From: Clostridiales bacterium
GTDB taxonomy: Bacteria; Bacillota; Clostridia; Lachnospirales; Lachnospiraceae
Direction: 5' to 3'
Length of the DNA stretch: 64,000 nucleotides
Assembly: GCA_029006795.1 (NCBI GenBank)
Contig: JAQXGQ010000122.1
Coordinates: 3,266 to 67,265, forward strand
Shown: piece after piece, positions 29,607-39,848 of the stretch
Layout: each line of letters opens with the position of its first letter
Position numbering within the stretch: position 1 is the first letter of the stretch
Notes under the pieces: generated by a model
The model's database searches: none
What the model saw: only the letters and a program-made list of their open reading frames with translations
Told to the model about the DNA's origin: nothing
Translations under genes and position numbers: made by a program

Positions 29607-31541
29607 TCACAGCAGCCTGCACTTGTCACACACCCTCTTTTCATACCCGACGGGTAAGGTCTTACCGCAATAACGGCATTTTCTGATGTAATCTTTCTTG
29701 CCCTTCGCAAGATAACGCATAATGTTTTCTTCTGTTTTTTCCCGCGCTTCCTCTAAGCGTTCTCCCTCTAAATTCTTTCCAAGACGAGTGGAAAACTGAT
29801 GATATAAGTCTAACATCTTATAATAAGTTTCATATTTTACCAATCCGGTATCACTGCACATCGTAAGCGTTGGAAAAGATAAAGACACATCTGCGGAATA
29901 AGTCTTGCAATAATATAACCACAGGGAAACAATGTCCTTATTTTTGATATCAATCGAACAGGTCAACATCCGGTAAAGCGTATGCTTATCCTCAAATCCA
30001 TCAATTTCTTTTCTGTCCTTATAAGCTCTCTCATACAAAAATAAAATTTCATCAATGCTGATTTTTTCAAAAGGTACGGATGTCTCCACAGATTTCCAGA
30101 TTTTTAAAATAACATCCAACGGCTCATTCATATCAAGCAGCACCCGTGGGAAGCCAAGACTCACCGTATCAATCTCCGGTTCCTCTTCAAAGACATTTTT
30201 CCTGATAAAATGAAGGTTTCCCTCACCCATAGCATTGATATATCCCGTATCATACATACCAAATCGTCCGGCACGTCCTGCAATCTGCCGGATTTCCGGC
30301 ACTGTCAGTGCCCGCACGCTCGTACCGTCAAATTTCTCCGTCTGAATAAAGACGATCCGTTTTACCGGGAGATTTAATCCCATTCCGATAGCATCCGTAG
30401 AAACTACCACCCGACTCTCCTTTTGGGCAAACTGGTGTATCTGCCTGCGGCGAATTTCCGGCGGCAGACTTCCATAAATTACACTGGTTTTCACACCCTC
30501 TTTCTCCAGTCTTCCCGCAATATCAAGTACGGCACGCTTAGTAAATAAAATTAGGGCATCTCCTTCCCTCACGTCCTCAGGGAAAGAAAATGGTGTCTCT
30601 TCACAGACTAAAGCTGTCTTTCGCTCATATTGATGAATTTCATAAGTATCCCCCGTAAGTTCTATCAAATGAAGAACCACTTTTGATGCTGCCGGGCTCA
30701 TACAAATATGAATCTCCGATGCCTGCACACCAAGTATCGCTCTTGTCCAGGAATGTCCCCTGTCGGAAGAAACAATCATCTGTGCTTCGTCAATCACTGC
30801 AATATCATAACGCTGGTCTATGTCTAACATTTCAATCGTGGAAGAAGTGATGCGGCTGTTCTCCTCCGAAATACACTCCTCTCCGGTGAGCATAGTACAG
30901 GGAATCCCCGCCTCCCTCATCTTTTCATAGACTTCAAGCGCCAAAAGACGCAAGGGACCTAAATAAATGCCGTTTTGTGCTGTCTTTAAACGCTCTAGCG
31001 CATGAAACGTCTTTCCGCAGTTGGTCGGCCCCACATGCAGGATAAAATTACGCTTCATTTCAAGCGCTTCGGGAAATTCCAGTTCCGGATTTGCAGGTAC
31101 CATAGTGATAATCTGTTTTCTCACATCCAGTTCCAGATAGTTTCTGCTTAAATCCTTTAAGGTTCTCTTGCAGATTTCGTAAGGCATTTCCGTCCGCAGC
31201 CCCTCTAATAGCTTTGCTGTCACAAGGTCTTTCTCATCCGGTTTCATAGCTTCTAAATCCATCCGTACCAGTTCTGGAATCAGCACTTGCCGAACCTGCA
31301 TCATGGCAACCGGATTATTCTGTCTGAAAGCATAATAAGACAGATTTCGGATTTGTCTGTGATAATCCTCTAACCGAACCTGATTTGTGGGGGACAAATG
31401 AGTATGCTGCATCATTTTTCCAAGCGTAAATATCCTTTTCTCGTAATTGCCCCGTTTATCGTTATATTTTTTCTTGAATTTCTTTGCACTTTCACTGTAC
31501 TGTGAATAATAAAACTGTATTAATTTCTCTTTTTGTATCAT
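29607..31541 (-). CDS. Suv3-like SF2 RNA helicase with C-terminal Zn ribbon
   Basis: HVGPTNCGKT, GPLRLLALE, IDEAQ, STDAIGMGLN, QIAGRAGR; CxxC...CxxC tail. Confidence 0.9.
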   Translation of the reverse strand: MIQKEKLIQFYYSQYSESAKKFKKKYNDKRGNYEKRIFTLGKMMQHTHLSPTNQVRLEDYHRQIRNLSYYAFRQNNPVAMMQVRQVLIPELVRMDLEAMKPDEKDLVTAKLLEGLRTEMPYEICKRTLKDLSRNYLELDVRKQIITMVPANPELEFPEALEMKRNFILHVGPTNCGKTFHALERLKTAQNGIYLGPLRLLALEVYEKMREAGIPCTMLTGEECISEENSRITSSTIEMLDIDQRYDIAVIDEAQMIVSSDRGHSWTRAILGVQASEIHICMSPAASKVVLHLIELTGDTYEIHQYERKTALVCEETPFSFPEDVREGDALILFTKRAVLDIAGRLEKEGVKTSVIYGSLPPEIRRRQIHQFAQKESRVVVSTDAIGMGLNLPVKRIVFIQTEKFDGTSVRALTVPEIRQIAGRAGRFGMYDTGYINAMGEGNLHFIRKNVFEEEPEIDTVSLGFPRVLLDMNEPLDVILKIWKSVETSVPFEKISIDEILFLYERAYKDRKEIDGFEDKHTLYRMLTCSIDIKNKDIVSLWLYYCKTYSADVSLSFPTLTMCSDTGLVKYETYYKMLDLYHQFSTRLGKNLEGERLEEAREKTEENIMRYLAKGKKDYIRKCRYCGKTLPVGYEKRVCDKCRLL

Positions 31542-31553
31542 AGTTGTAAATCA

Positions 31554-32858
31554 TTACAGGATGTCAATATATTCTCCTGCCAACGCCTTATTCATGCTGC
31601 GGACAGCACAGAATTTTCCGCACATAGAACAGGTGTCATCATGCTCCGGTTTTCTGTCGTCACGAATCTGTTTTGCTGTTTCCGGGTCAATGGCACATTC
31701 CCACTGCGCCTCCCAGTCAAGCGCACGTCGCGCATCCGCCATCTTGTCGTCGATCTCTCTTGCACCACGCACACCTTTTGCGATATCTGCCGCATGAGCC
31801 GCAATTTTAGAAGCAATAATTCCCTGCTTTACATCATCCACATTCGGCAATGCCAGATGCTCTGCCGGAGTTACATAGCATAAAAAGGCTGCCCCATTCT
31901 GTGCAGCAATTGCTCCGCCGATTGCTGAAGTAATGTGATCATATCCCGGTGCAATGTCCGTTACCAATGGTCCCAATACATAGAACGGTGCTCCCATACA
32001 GATGGTCTGCTGAATTTTCATATTTGCTGCAATCTGATCCATTGGCATGTGTCCCGGTCCCTCTACCATAACCTGTACATCCTTTGCCCATGCACGTTTT
32101 GTCAATTCACCCAGACGTACCAGCTCTTCAATCTGACACACATCAGAAGCATCTGCTAGACATCCCGGACGGCAGGCATCTCCTAAAGAAATGGTAACAT
32201 CATATTCTCTACAAATATCTAAAATTTCATCATAGTACTCATAGAACGGATTTTCTTCTCCTGTCATGCACATCCATGCAAATACCAGAGAACCTCCCCT
32301 TGATACAATGTTCATTTTCCGTTTGTGTTTCTTAATCTGCTCAATGGTTTTTCTGGTGATACCACAGTGGAGCGTTACAAAGTCCACGCCATCTTCTGCA
32401 TGAAGGCGAACCACATCTATAAAATCCTTTGCCGTCAAAGTCGCCAAATCTCTCTGATAATGTATCACGGAATCATACACCGGTACAGTTCCAATCATGG
32501 CAGGACACTCGGAAGTCAGTTTTCTACGAAATGGAATAGTGTTTCCGTGAGAAGATAAATCCATAATGGCATGAGCTCCCATGTTAACTGCCGCCATGAC
32601 CTTTTCCATCTCCACATCATAGTCTTTACAGTCTCTTGAAATTCCCAGATTTACATTGATTTTGGTGCGAAGCATGGAACCTACACCCTCCGGGTCAATA
32701 CATTTATGATTCTTGTTGGCACAGATGACAACCTTACCTTCTGCTACGAGAGGCATCAACTCTTCTACCGTCATCCGTTCCTTTTCTGCTACTTTTTTTA
32801 GTTCTTCCGTTACAATTCCCTTGCGGGCTGCTTCCATCTGTGTTGCATACTGCTGCAT
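31554..32858 (-). CDS. thiC: phosphomethylpyrimidine synthase
   Basis: [41 protein letters not shown]; TPP riboswitch upstream. Confidence 0.97.
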   Translation of the reverse strand: MQQYATQMEAARKGIVTEELKKVAEKERMTVEELMPLVAEGKVVICANKNHKCIDPEGVGSMLRTKINVNLGISRDCKDYDVEMEKVMAAVNMGAHAIMDLSSHGNTIPFRRKLTSECPAMIGTVPVYDSVIHYQRDLATLTAKDFIDVVRLHAEDGVDFVTLHCGITRKTIEQIKKHKRKMNIVSRGGSLVFAWMCMTGEENPFYEYYDEILDICREYDVTISLGDACRPGCLADASDVCQIEELVRLGELTKRAWAKDVQVMVEGPGHMPMDQIAANMKIQQTICMGAPFYVLGPLVTDIAPGYDHITSAIGGAIAAQNGAAFLCYVTPAEHLALPNVDDVKQGIIASKIAAHAADIAKGVRGAREIDDKMADARRALDWEAQWECAIDPETAKQIRDDRKPEHDDTCSMCGKFCAVRSMNKALAGEYIDIL

Positions 32859-32914
32859 ATTTTCCTCATTTCTGCAGAGGTCAGTGCCTATATAAAGTAT
32901 TTCCTATGAAATCA

Positions 32915-33058
32915 CAAAAGCCCAGTCACAGAGACCGGGCATATCATCTAATTGATGTCACTTCCGCTCCCTACGACAGTTTTAACTGACAGGTTCAAAG
33001 AGTCAGGTTTTACCTTCTCAACCGTTTGTGTCTCCACGCACAGTCCCTCTGCGATAGT
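32915..33058 (-). promoter_or_regulatory. TPP riboswitch with terminator expression platform
   Basis: GGGA..GTTGAGAAG..CTCTTTGAACCTGTCAGTTAAAACTGTCGTAGGGAG; terminator GCCCGGTC..GACTGGGC-TTTT at 32915-32940. Confidence 0.93.
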
Positions 33059-33130
33059 TTTTATTTTGTATACATCATACATTAGACTAATTTGCCCTGT
33101 CTGTCAATCCCTGTTCCCGTTTTTGAACAT

Positions 33131-33229
33131 AAAAAAAGACAGCCAACGTCAGGCTGTCTTTTTAGGAGAAGGTATTTTTACTATGGGGTATAGCAAAAAT
33201 TATATATAATGTATTGGGGGGTTTTTACA
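33131..33229 (-). ncRNA. candidate ~100-nt C-rich small RNA
   Basis: Extended -10 TGCTATTAT (33244-33236); body with CCCCCC, CCCCAU and CCUUCUCCU; terminator AAAAAGACAGCC..GGCTGTCTTTTTTT. Confidence 0.55.
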
Positions 33230-33405
33230 GATATTATAATAGCATGACTGGCAACATAAGTGTTCACAAAGTCTACAAAATTTCCACTCATTATTTGTCT
33301 ATTTTGTACAGTACCTTTGGCACATTTTTAATTTTTAACCTTAAAAAACGTACAAAAAATGTTCCATTTTTTTGTATCTTTTTGAGTGTCAACCTTTTTC
33401 CCATT

Positions 33406-33993
33406 TTACCGTATCTTTGCTTTGATACGCTGCAGGGCATTATCAATGGTTTTTGGAGACTTTCCCATTTTTTCCGCTATCTGTTGGTAATTAAGCCCTG
33501 ACAGGTAGTTATCTAACACCTCTCGCTCCATTTTACTTAAACGCTCTTTTAATCTCTCCCAGAAGATTTTCAAGTTCTCCTGGTCTATGACAATCTGCTC
33601 CGGGTCACCCATACCTCCGGTTGTCAAGGTTTCCGCTAAAGAATGTCCTTCTTCTCCGGTTTCCGAATAGAAAGAGACATAGGTATTTAATGGGGCGTGT
33701 TTCTTCCGGTTTGACGCCTCCACCGCTTTATAGAGCTGCCTTGTAATGCAAAGCTCGGCAAAGGAAAAAAAAGACGCCTCCTTTGTTTCATCATAGTCTC
33801 TGACTGCCTTAAACAGTCCTATCATTCCCTCCTGTATCAAATCGTCCGTATCACCACCGATTAAAAAAACTGCATTGGCCTTTTTTCGAACCAATGGTTT
33901 ATATTTATCCAGAATATAATCCATCAGCCTCGTATCTCCAGCCCGTAGCTTTTCTATGAGCTGTTCGTCCGATAACTCCCGATAATCCTCCAC
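33406..33993 (-). CDS. sigH: RNA polymerase sigma-H factor
   Basis: DDLIQEGMIGLFKAVRDY, SFAELCITRQ, RKKHAPLN, KTIDNALQRIK; GTG start behind AGGAGG; position downstream of rlmB. Confidence 0.92.
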   Translation of the reverse strand: MEDYRELSDEQLIEKLRAGDTRLMDYILDKYKPLVRKKANAVFLIGGDTDDLIQEGMIGLFKAVRDYDETKEASFFSFAELCITRQLYKAVEASNRKKHAPLNTYVSFYSETGEEGHSLAETLTTGGMGDPEQIVIDQENLKIFWERLKERLSKMEREVLDNYLSGLNYQQIAEKMGKSPKTIDNALQRIKAKIR

Positions 33994-34072
33994 AATCTCC
34001 TCCTGCAAAATCTGATTGATTTGTACCTTTCATATCCTTCCATGAAAAAATTAGGAACAGTGAAACTTCTTC

Positions 34073-34813
34073 TTACATTTTCCGCTGTCTCACTATCTCA
34101 TAAGCCAAAACGCCTGCTGCCACCGACGCATTTAAGGAATCAATATCCCCCTTCATCGGAATTGATGCAACAAAATCGCAGTTTTCTCTCACCAGTTTGC
34201 TAACACCCTCACCTTCGCTTCCAATCACAAGTCCGATAGGTCCTTTTAAATCCAGGTCATACATTTCTGTGCCGCCCATATCCGCACAGACAAACCAGAT
34301 GCCTTTTTCTTTTAGCTCCTTGATGGTAGCGCTAAGATTTGTCACCTTTGCCACCGGAGTATAATTAATAGCACCGGCAGAAGTCTTTGCCACGGTAGCA
34401 GTAAGACCTACGGCTCTGCGTTTTGGAATAATGACACCATGCGCTCCTGCTAAATTTGCGGTACGAATAATGGCACCTAAATTATGAGGATCTTCAATAT
34501 TGTCTAACAGAAAAATAAAAGGCGGTTCTCCTTTTTCCTCCGCAATTTTTAAGATGTCCTCTACCTCGGCATATTCATAAGCCGCTGCCGACGCAATCAC
34601 ACCCTGATGCTTCTTTGTCTCGGAAAGCTGGTCTAACCGCTCTTTTTCCACAAATTGGATAATGGTGTCATGCTTTCTTGCCTCCCGCACAATCGTGCGC
34701 ACCGGACCATCCTGACAGCCATCTAAAACATACAATTTATCAATCGTTTTTCCGGAACGAAATGCCTCTAACACCGCATTGCGTCCCTCTATTTTCAATT
34801 CTTCGTATCCCAT
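34073..34813 (-). CDS. rlmB: 23S rRNA (G2251-2'-O)-methyltransferase
   Basis: EGRNAVLEA, HQGV, DPHNLGAIIR, IGSEGEG, DSLNASVA. Confidence 0.96.
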   Translation of the reverse strand: MGYEELKIEGRNAVLEAFRSGKTIDKLYVLDGCQDGPVRTIVREARKHDTIIQFVEKERLDQLSETKKHQGVIASAAAYEYAEVEDILKIAEEKGEPPFIFLLDNIEDPHNLGAIIRTANLAGAHGVIIPKRRAVGLTATVAKTSAGAINYTPVAKVTNLSATIKELKEKGIWFVCADMGGTEMYDLDLKGPIGLVIGSEGEGVSKLVRENCDFVASIPMKGDIDSLNASVAAGVLAYEIVRQRKM

Positions 34814-34942
34814 ATATACTCCTTATTTTTATGTATCCTATTCCAATTAACCATCTGCCTGTCCAATCCCGCTCACAACTAAATCTCTAACCACAAAACA
34901 GTTTTTCTGCAGAATGTTTTACTTTGAATAGTTACGCCCTTA

Positions 34943-35377
34943 CTACAGTTTTAAATTCAATCCGTCCACTCCTGCCCTCACGAGCTCCACGATACGCTCA
35001 AATTTATCCTGCAAATACAGATATCCCATCAGTGCTTCAAAGCCGGTAGCTTTCCGGTAATCAGCCATAGTGGCATTCTTTGCCATAGTATAAGATTTGG
35101 CATTTCTACCTCGACGGTAAATCCCCTCTTCCTCCTCTGTCAGAAGAGGAAGCAGGATTTCCATCATTTCTGCCTGAGTATGTGCCTTTACAATCTGGCT
35201 GGTACGCTTGTGCAGTTCGCTGGCTTTGGTATTTCCCTTCGCCACCACCACGGAACGTATCACCAGATCATAAATCCCGTCGCCGATATAGGCTAACGTC
35301 AGCGGCGAATAGGTACGAATGTCCACATCTGGTATCTGAAACTGTTCTTTTAAATAGCGGTCAATTCCCATTTCCAT
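34943..35377 (-). CDS. mrnC: Mini-ribonuclease III
   Basis: LAYIGDGIYDL, RRGRNAK, YRKATGFEALMGYL. Confidence 0.95.
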   Translation of the reverse strand: MEMGIDRYLKEQFQIPDVDIRTYSPLTLAYIGDGIYDLVIRSVVVAKGNTKASELHKRTSQIVKAHTQAEMMEILLPLLTEEEEGIYRRGRNAKSYTMAKNATMADYRKATGFEALMGYLYLQDKFERIVELVRAGVDGLNLKL

Positions 35378-35403
35378 TCAAACATCCTCCTATCCGCATG
35401 TTC

Positions 35404-36822
35404 TTATGCCTTGTGCCATACAACGCCCTCTCTGGTATCCTTTAAAACAATGCCTTTTTCTAACAGTTCATCACGAATAGCATCTGCTTTCGCAAAGTCT
35501 TTCTCTTTCTTAGCAGCTTTCCGCTCCTCGATTTTTGCCAACACATAGCTCTCTAGCTCTGCATCAACGCCCTCTTTACTCTCTCCCACCTCCGCTGTGG
35601 TAAGATTTAAAGAAAGTACTTTATCAAAATCTTTCAAAAGCTCTAGTTTTGTCTTATCGTTCATATCTGCCTTCAACAAATCGTATACAATGGTAATCGC
35701 CATAGAAGTGTTCAAATCATTACAGATGGCATCTTCAAATTTCTCTTTGTATAAATCAAACTGTGCCTGTTCTACCGTTCCCTCGTCCTTTAATTCTGCA
35801 ATCTTCTTCACCAGTTTTTTGTAAGCAGCGCTCATGTTGTCTAATACTTCGTAAGAAAATTCCAATGGTTTCCGGTAATGGGACTGCAAACAGAACATCC
35901 GGTATACCACCGGGTCATATCCTTTTTCCTGTAACAGGGACACTGTCAGGAAATCCCCTTTTGACTTACTCATTTTACCGGATTTGTCATTTAAATGCTG
36001 TACATGGAACCAGTATTTACACCACTCATGTCCCAGGTAACTTTCAGACTGGGCAATTTCGTTGGTATGGTGAGGAAAAATATTGTCCACACCGCCGCAA
36101 TGGATATCCATATATTCTCCTAAATGCTTCATACTGATACAGGAGCACTCGATATGCCAGCCCGGATAACCGACACCCCACGGGCTATCCCATTTTAATG
36201 CCTGATCTTCGAATTTGGATTTCGTAAACCAGAGGACGAAGTCATTTTTATTCTTCTTATTAGCATCCTCCTCCACATCATCCCGGACACCCACTAACAG
36301 CTCTTTTTCGCTCTGGGAAGAAAATACATAATAATCCTTCAATTTGGAAGTATCAAAATAAACATTTCCACCTGCCACATAAGCATAACCTTTTTCAATC
36401 AGCACTTCCACCATATGAATAAATTCAGGGATACAGTTGGTAGCAGGTTCTACCACATCCGGTGTCTTGATGTTTAATTTTTTGCAGTCATCAAAAAAAG
36501 CATCCGTATAGAATTTTGCAATTTCCATGACAGTTTTATGCTCTCTCTGGGCACCCTTTAGCATCTTATCCTCTCCGGTGTCTGCATCGGAAGATAAATG
36601 TCCTACGTCAGTGATGTTCATAACACGCTTCACATCATATCCCACGTAACGGAGAGCTTTTTCTAACACATCCTCCATAATATAACTTCTCAGATTGCCG
36701 ATGTGGGCAAAATGGTATACGGTAGGCCCACAGGTATACATGGCAATCTTACCGTCTTCATGTGGAATAACTGTTTCCACCTTTCTTGTCAATGTGTTAT
36801 AAAATTTGAACTTATTTTCCAT
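35404..36822 (-). CDS. cysS: cysteine--tRNA ligase
   Basis: YTCGPTVY, HIGN, PGWHIEC, FPHH.NE, KMSKS. Confidence 0.97.
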   Translation of the reverse strand: MENKFKFYNTLTRKVETVIPHEDGKIAMYTCGPTVYHFAHIGNLRSYIMEDVLEKALRYVGYDVKRVMNITDVGHLSSDADTGEDKMLKGAQREHKTVMEIAKFYTDAFFDDCKKLNIKTPDVVEPATNCIPEFIHMVEVLIEKGYAYVAGGNVYFDTSKLKDYYVFSSQSEKELLVGVRDDVEEDANKKNKNDFVLWFTKSKFEDQALKWDSPWGVGYPGWHIECSCISMKHLGEYMDIHCGGVDNIFPHHTNEIAQSESYLGHEWCKYWFHVQHLNDKSGKMSKSKGDFLTVSLLQEKGYDPVVYRMFCLQSHYRKPLEFSYEVLDNMSAAYKKLVKKIAELKDEGTVEQAQFDLYKEKFEDAICNDLNTSMAITIVYDLLKADMNDKTKLELLKDFDKVLSLNLTTAEVGESKEGVDAELESYVLAKIEERKAAKKEKDFAKADAIRDELLEKGIVLKDTREGVVWHKA

Positions 36823-36897
36823 CTGTAATCTCCATTTCTCTTATCTCGTTTTAAAATTATGAAACACCGGCTATGCTTCAGCTTCAATGCCTGTTTC

Positions 36898-37572
36898 CTA
36901 CACGCTCATATCATTTGTCAGTGCACGCACGGCTTTCTCTAAATCCAGTACACGGTTAATTAGCTCACTGTTTTCCTTCTGGAGTATATTGATATCCTCC
37001 TGCACCGGGTCAGGCAAATGACACTGATCCATATCACTGCGCGGAATCTTCATATTATCACGTTTTACAATTCTTCCCGGTACGCCCACCACGGTACAGT
37101 TTGGCGGAACCTCCTCTATGACAACGCTGCCTGCGCCGATTTTGGAATTTTCTCCCACGGTAAAGGAACCAATAATCTTTGCTCCTGCGCTAATCATAAC
37201 ATTATCGCCGATGGTAGGATGACGTTTTCCAGTTTCTTTTCCGGTTCCTCCTAAGGTGACACCCTGATACATGGTTACATTGTCCCCCACAACTGCAGTC
37301 TCACCAATAATAACACCGCTTCCGTGGTCAATAAAAAAGCCCTTTCCAATGGTAGCTCCCGGATGTATCTCTATTCCGGTTTTCCGCGCTGCCTTCTGTG
37401 ATATATAACGTGCTCTGAAATAGTGTCCTTTTAAATATTGTTTATGTGCACGCCTGTAACTTAGCATAACACGAAAACTCGGATAAAGCAAAACTTCCAT
37501 TGGAGATTTTATCGCCGGGTCACGCTCTTTGATTACCTGAAATTCTTCTTTGATGTGATTTATAATACCCAT
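36898..37572 (-). CDS. cysE: serine O-acetyltransferase
   Basis: RDPA, TGIEIHPGA, FIDHG.GVIIGET, GKRHPT. Confidence 0.96.
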   Translation of the reverse strand: MGIINHIKEEFQVIKERDPAIKSPMEVLLYPSFRVMLSYRRAHKQYLKGHYFRARYISQKAARKTGIEIHPGATIGKGFFIDHGSGVIIGETAVVGDNVTMYQGVTLGGTGKETGKRHPTIGDNVMISAGAKIIGSFTVGENSKIGAGSVVIEEVPPNCTVVGVPGRIVKRDNMKIPRSDMDQCHLPDPVQEDINILQKENSELINRVLDLEKAVRALTNDMSV

Positions 37573-37654
37573 CTTTACAAATCCCCTTTCCTATAATTGA
37601 ACAAAGTGTGGTCTGCCACTCCCTCGAACTTACTTTTTTCAGTAAGGTTTTTCC

Positions 37655-37905
37655 CATGAAACAAAAAACGGATAACCCCATCTCCTTAGAGACGAAATTA
37701 TCCGCGGTTCCACTCTATTAAAAATCCAATGATTTTCACTCAATACACGTAACGTGTGTAAAACGTATCAGGCTACTAAATTCGCCCAATCAGCTCCCGG
37801 AGGCACTTCAAAAATCTCTTCCCTAAGACTGCTTTCAGCCGATGACAGCCTCTCTCTTTCGGATGTCTGATTTCCTACTCTTTCCGTTCTGTGCCTTTGT
37901 TTTAT
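37655..37905 (-). promoter_or_regulatory. T-box riboswitch, Cys specifier (UGC)
   Basis: AGAGA and GCTGAAA stem I motifs; GAAG-TGC specifier (37805-37803); AGAGTGGAACCGCG T-box; terminator; promoter TTGACA-17-TAAACT. Confidence 0.93.
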
Positions 37906-38012
37906 AAAATTCATATTATAGTTTATGCACTTTCCCCGGATTTGTCAACGTTTTCATCTGATTTTTTTATGTGATTGTAACGACGTTAGCCTTCCTGTTT
38001 TTAGGAAACATC

Positions 38013-38570
38013 TTATTCCTCTAATTTACTGCATCCACCACAGGAACCACATGGTCTGACCGCAGAATCTGCTACCGTAACACTGCTCTCATAAATTGTG
38101 GTTAAGGCACAAATCGCCTGGGAAGAAATTCCCTCTTCCGTTCCCGTAAAGCCTAATCCCTCCTCGGTAGTGGCTTTCACATTTATCTGGTCAGTGCTGA
38201 TATTCAACGCCGCTGCAATGTTTTTTTCCATCTCCTCAATATGGGGCCGCATTTTCGGCTTCTGGGCAATAATCGTGGCATCAATGTTTTCCACAACATA
38301 CCCTTTTTCTTCTATCAGCTTTGCCACATGCTCTAGTAATTTGATGCTTGAAATCCCTTTGTACTGCTGGTCCGTGTCCGGGAAATGTTTTCCGATATCC
38401 CCAAGTGCCGCTGCCCCAAGCAGGGCATCCATAATAGCGTGCAACAGCACGTCCGCATCAGAATGTCCCAACAATCCTAATGTATGAGGTATTTTTACCC
38501 CACCTAAAATCAAGTCTCTTCCCTCTACTAATTTATGCACATCATAGCCCATTCCTACTCTCATATTCAT
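38013..38570 (-). CDS. ispF: 2-C-methyl-D-erythritol 2,4-cyclodiphosphate synthase
   Basis: [32 protein letters not shown]. Confidence 0.97.
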   Translation of the reverse strand: MNMRVGMGYDVHKLVEGRDLILGGVKIPHTLGLLGHSDADVLLHAIMDALLGAAALGDIGKHFPDTDQQYKGISSIKLLEHVAKLIEEKGYVVENIDATIIAQKPKMRPHIEEMEKNIAAALNISTDQINVKATTEEGLGFTGTEEGISSQAICALTTIYESSVTVADSAVRPCGSCGGCSKLEE

Positions 38571-38780
38571 GTTTCCTTTCTATCTATTATTTTTCGATTT
38601 TCAATTCTTTTCAATCATTTCTTATCACACACATTGTACCATGCCTGCCCCAAAAGTAACAATCCGTTTTTTTATCGTTCCCAGCTCATCCGTGGGGAAT
38701 TTCAAAAATAAAAGTCCTGAAATGTTCTTCTTATGAAATAAAAAATTTGAACACTTCAGAACCTATATTTAAAAATTATA

Positions 38781-39839
38781 TTATCCTTTGATTGCGAATA
38801 AAAATCTCGTCACTTTAAATCGTCTGCATATCTGATACAAAAGATAAGTAACAATAAATGATAAAACAACAATCAAAAAATATTGCATATAAACAGATTC
38901 CACTCTTGGTATCAGCAAATATCCTATCAAAATTACCACTGTCTGATGGAAAAGATAAATAGAAAACTCCGCCTTTACAAAATGCCTCGTAAACTTCCAG
39001 TCATGATTAAGAAACCGTTTTCCCAGTCCCAACATAGCCAGAATTCCTATCCAGGTTAAGCACAGATATAACAGTTCATCCACCCACTCCGGTGAACCTC
39101 CGATTGCATGATTACCGCAGCGCACAATAATCAAGACAAGCCATGCAATTCCCAATGGTGTACTCCTCTTTTCCAGTCGTTCCAACACTTCCTCATTGCT
39201 CAAGAAAAAATATCCAATCAGAAAACATGCTCCAAACTGTGCAAAGCTCTTGCCGCCAACATTTAATATATCACCCGATAACACAACCGGAAGACCAAGC
39301 AACAATAAAATTGGCATCGTTAAGCGGCTTCCATCAATTTTCTTCTCTCTCTTTTTATACCAGATTAAAATTGGCAGTGTAACCATTGATATGATGAATA
39401 AGTACAGTATAAACCATGCATGCCCCGGTGTAAAATGACCATCATACCCGCCAAAATCCGTAACTGTCATATAGATTTTAAGATGTTCAAAATAATTTCC
39501 CTGGTATCCATTGTGAAAACGATCTGCTATGTAAGTTTGCATCGGTACCACAAACACGAGGCAGGAAATGAGTGGTATGAATAGTTTGAAAAACCGTTCT
39601 TTGACATATTGCCTGCCTGTTCGATAGGAAAACGCATACATCGTTGACATTCCTGCTAATACGAAAAGACCAGTCATCCACCATGCATAAACTCCGATAT
39701 TCACAAATGTCAGGCTTTCCGTCGGGGTTCCATTCACATAAAACACCTCGCCAAATGTATTGTAGATCATCGTTGTATGAAACGGTATCAGTAAAAAAAT
39801 ACATAAAATTCTCAAGTTATCAATATAATGTTTTCTCAT
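38781..39839 (-). CDS. acyltransferase family 3 (OpgC/MdoC-like)
   Basis: R.HYIDNLR, M.GLF..AG, HAWFILYLF, IYLFHQ; ~10 TMs. Confidence 0.9.
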   Translation of the reverse strand: MRKHYIDNLRILCIFLLIPFHTTMIYNTFGEVFYVNGTPTESLTFVNIGVYAWWMTGLFVLAGMSTMYAFSYRTGRQYVKERFFKLFIPLISCLVFVVPMQTYIADRFHNGYQGNYFEHLKIYMTVTDFGGYDGHFTPGHAWFILYLFIISMVTLPILIWYKKREKKIDGSRLTMPILLLLGLPVVLSGDILNVGGKSFAQFGACFLIGYFFLSNEEVLERLEKRSTPLGIAWLVLIIVRCGNHAIGGSPEWVDELLYLCLTWIGILAMLGLGKRFLNHDWKFTRHFVKAEFSIYLFHQTVVILIGYLLIPRVESVYMQYFLIVVLSFIVTYLLYQICRRFKVTRFLFAIKG

Positions 39840-39848
39840 AACTTTCTC

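Noticed and set aside
33164-33209. Plus-strand micro-ORF MGYSKNYI (and minus-strand MKKSIKYIITNCPVIYLL at ~47346-47402) as peptides or type I toxins
   Set aside because: No promoter on those strands; promoter position (both loci) and hairpin G-U pairs (second locus) favour the opposite-strand RNA. Not fully excluded without Ribo-seq.
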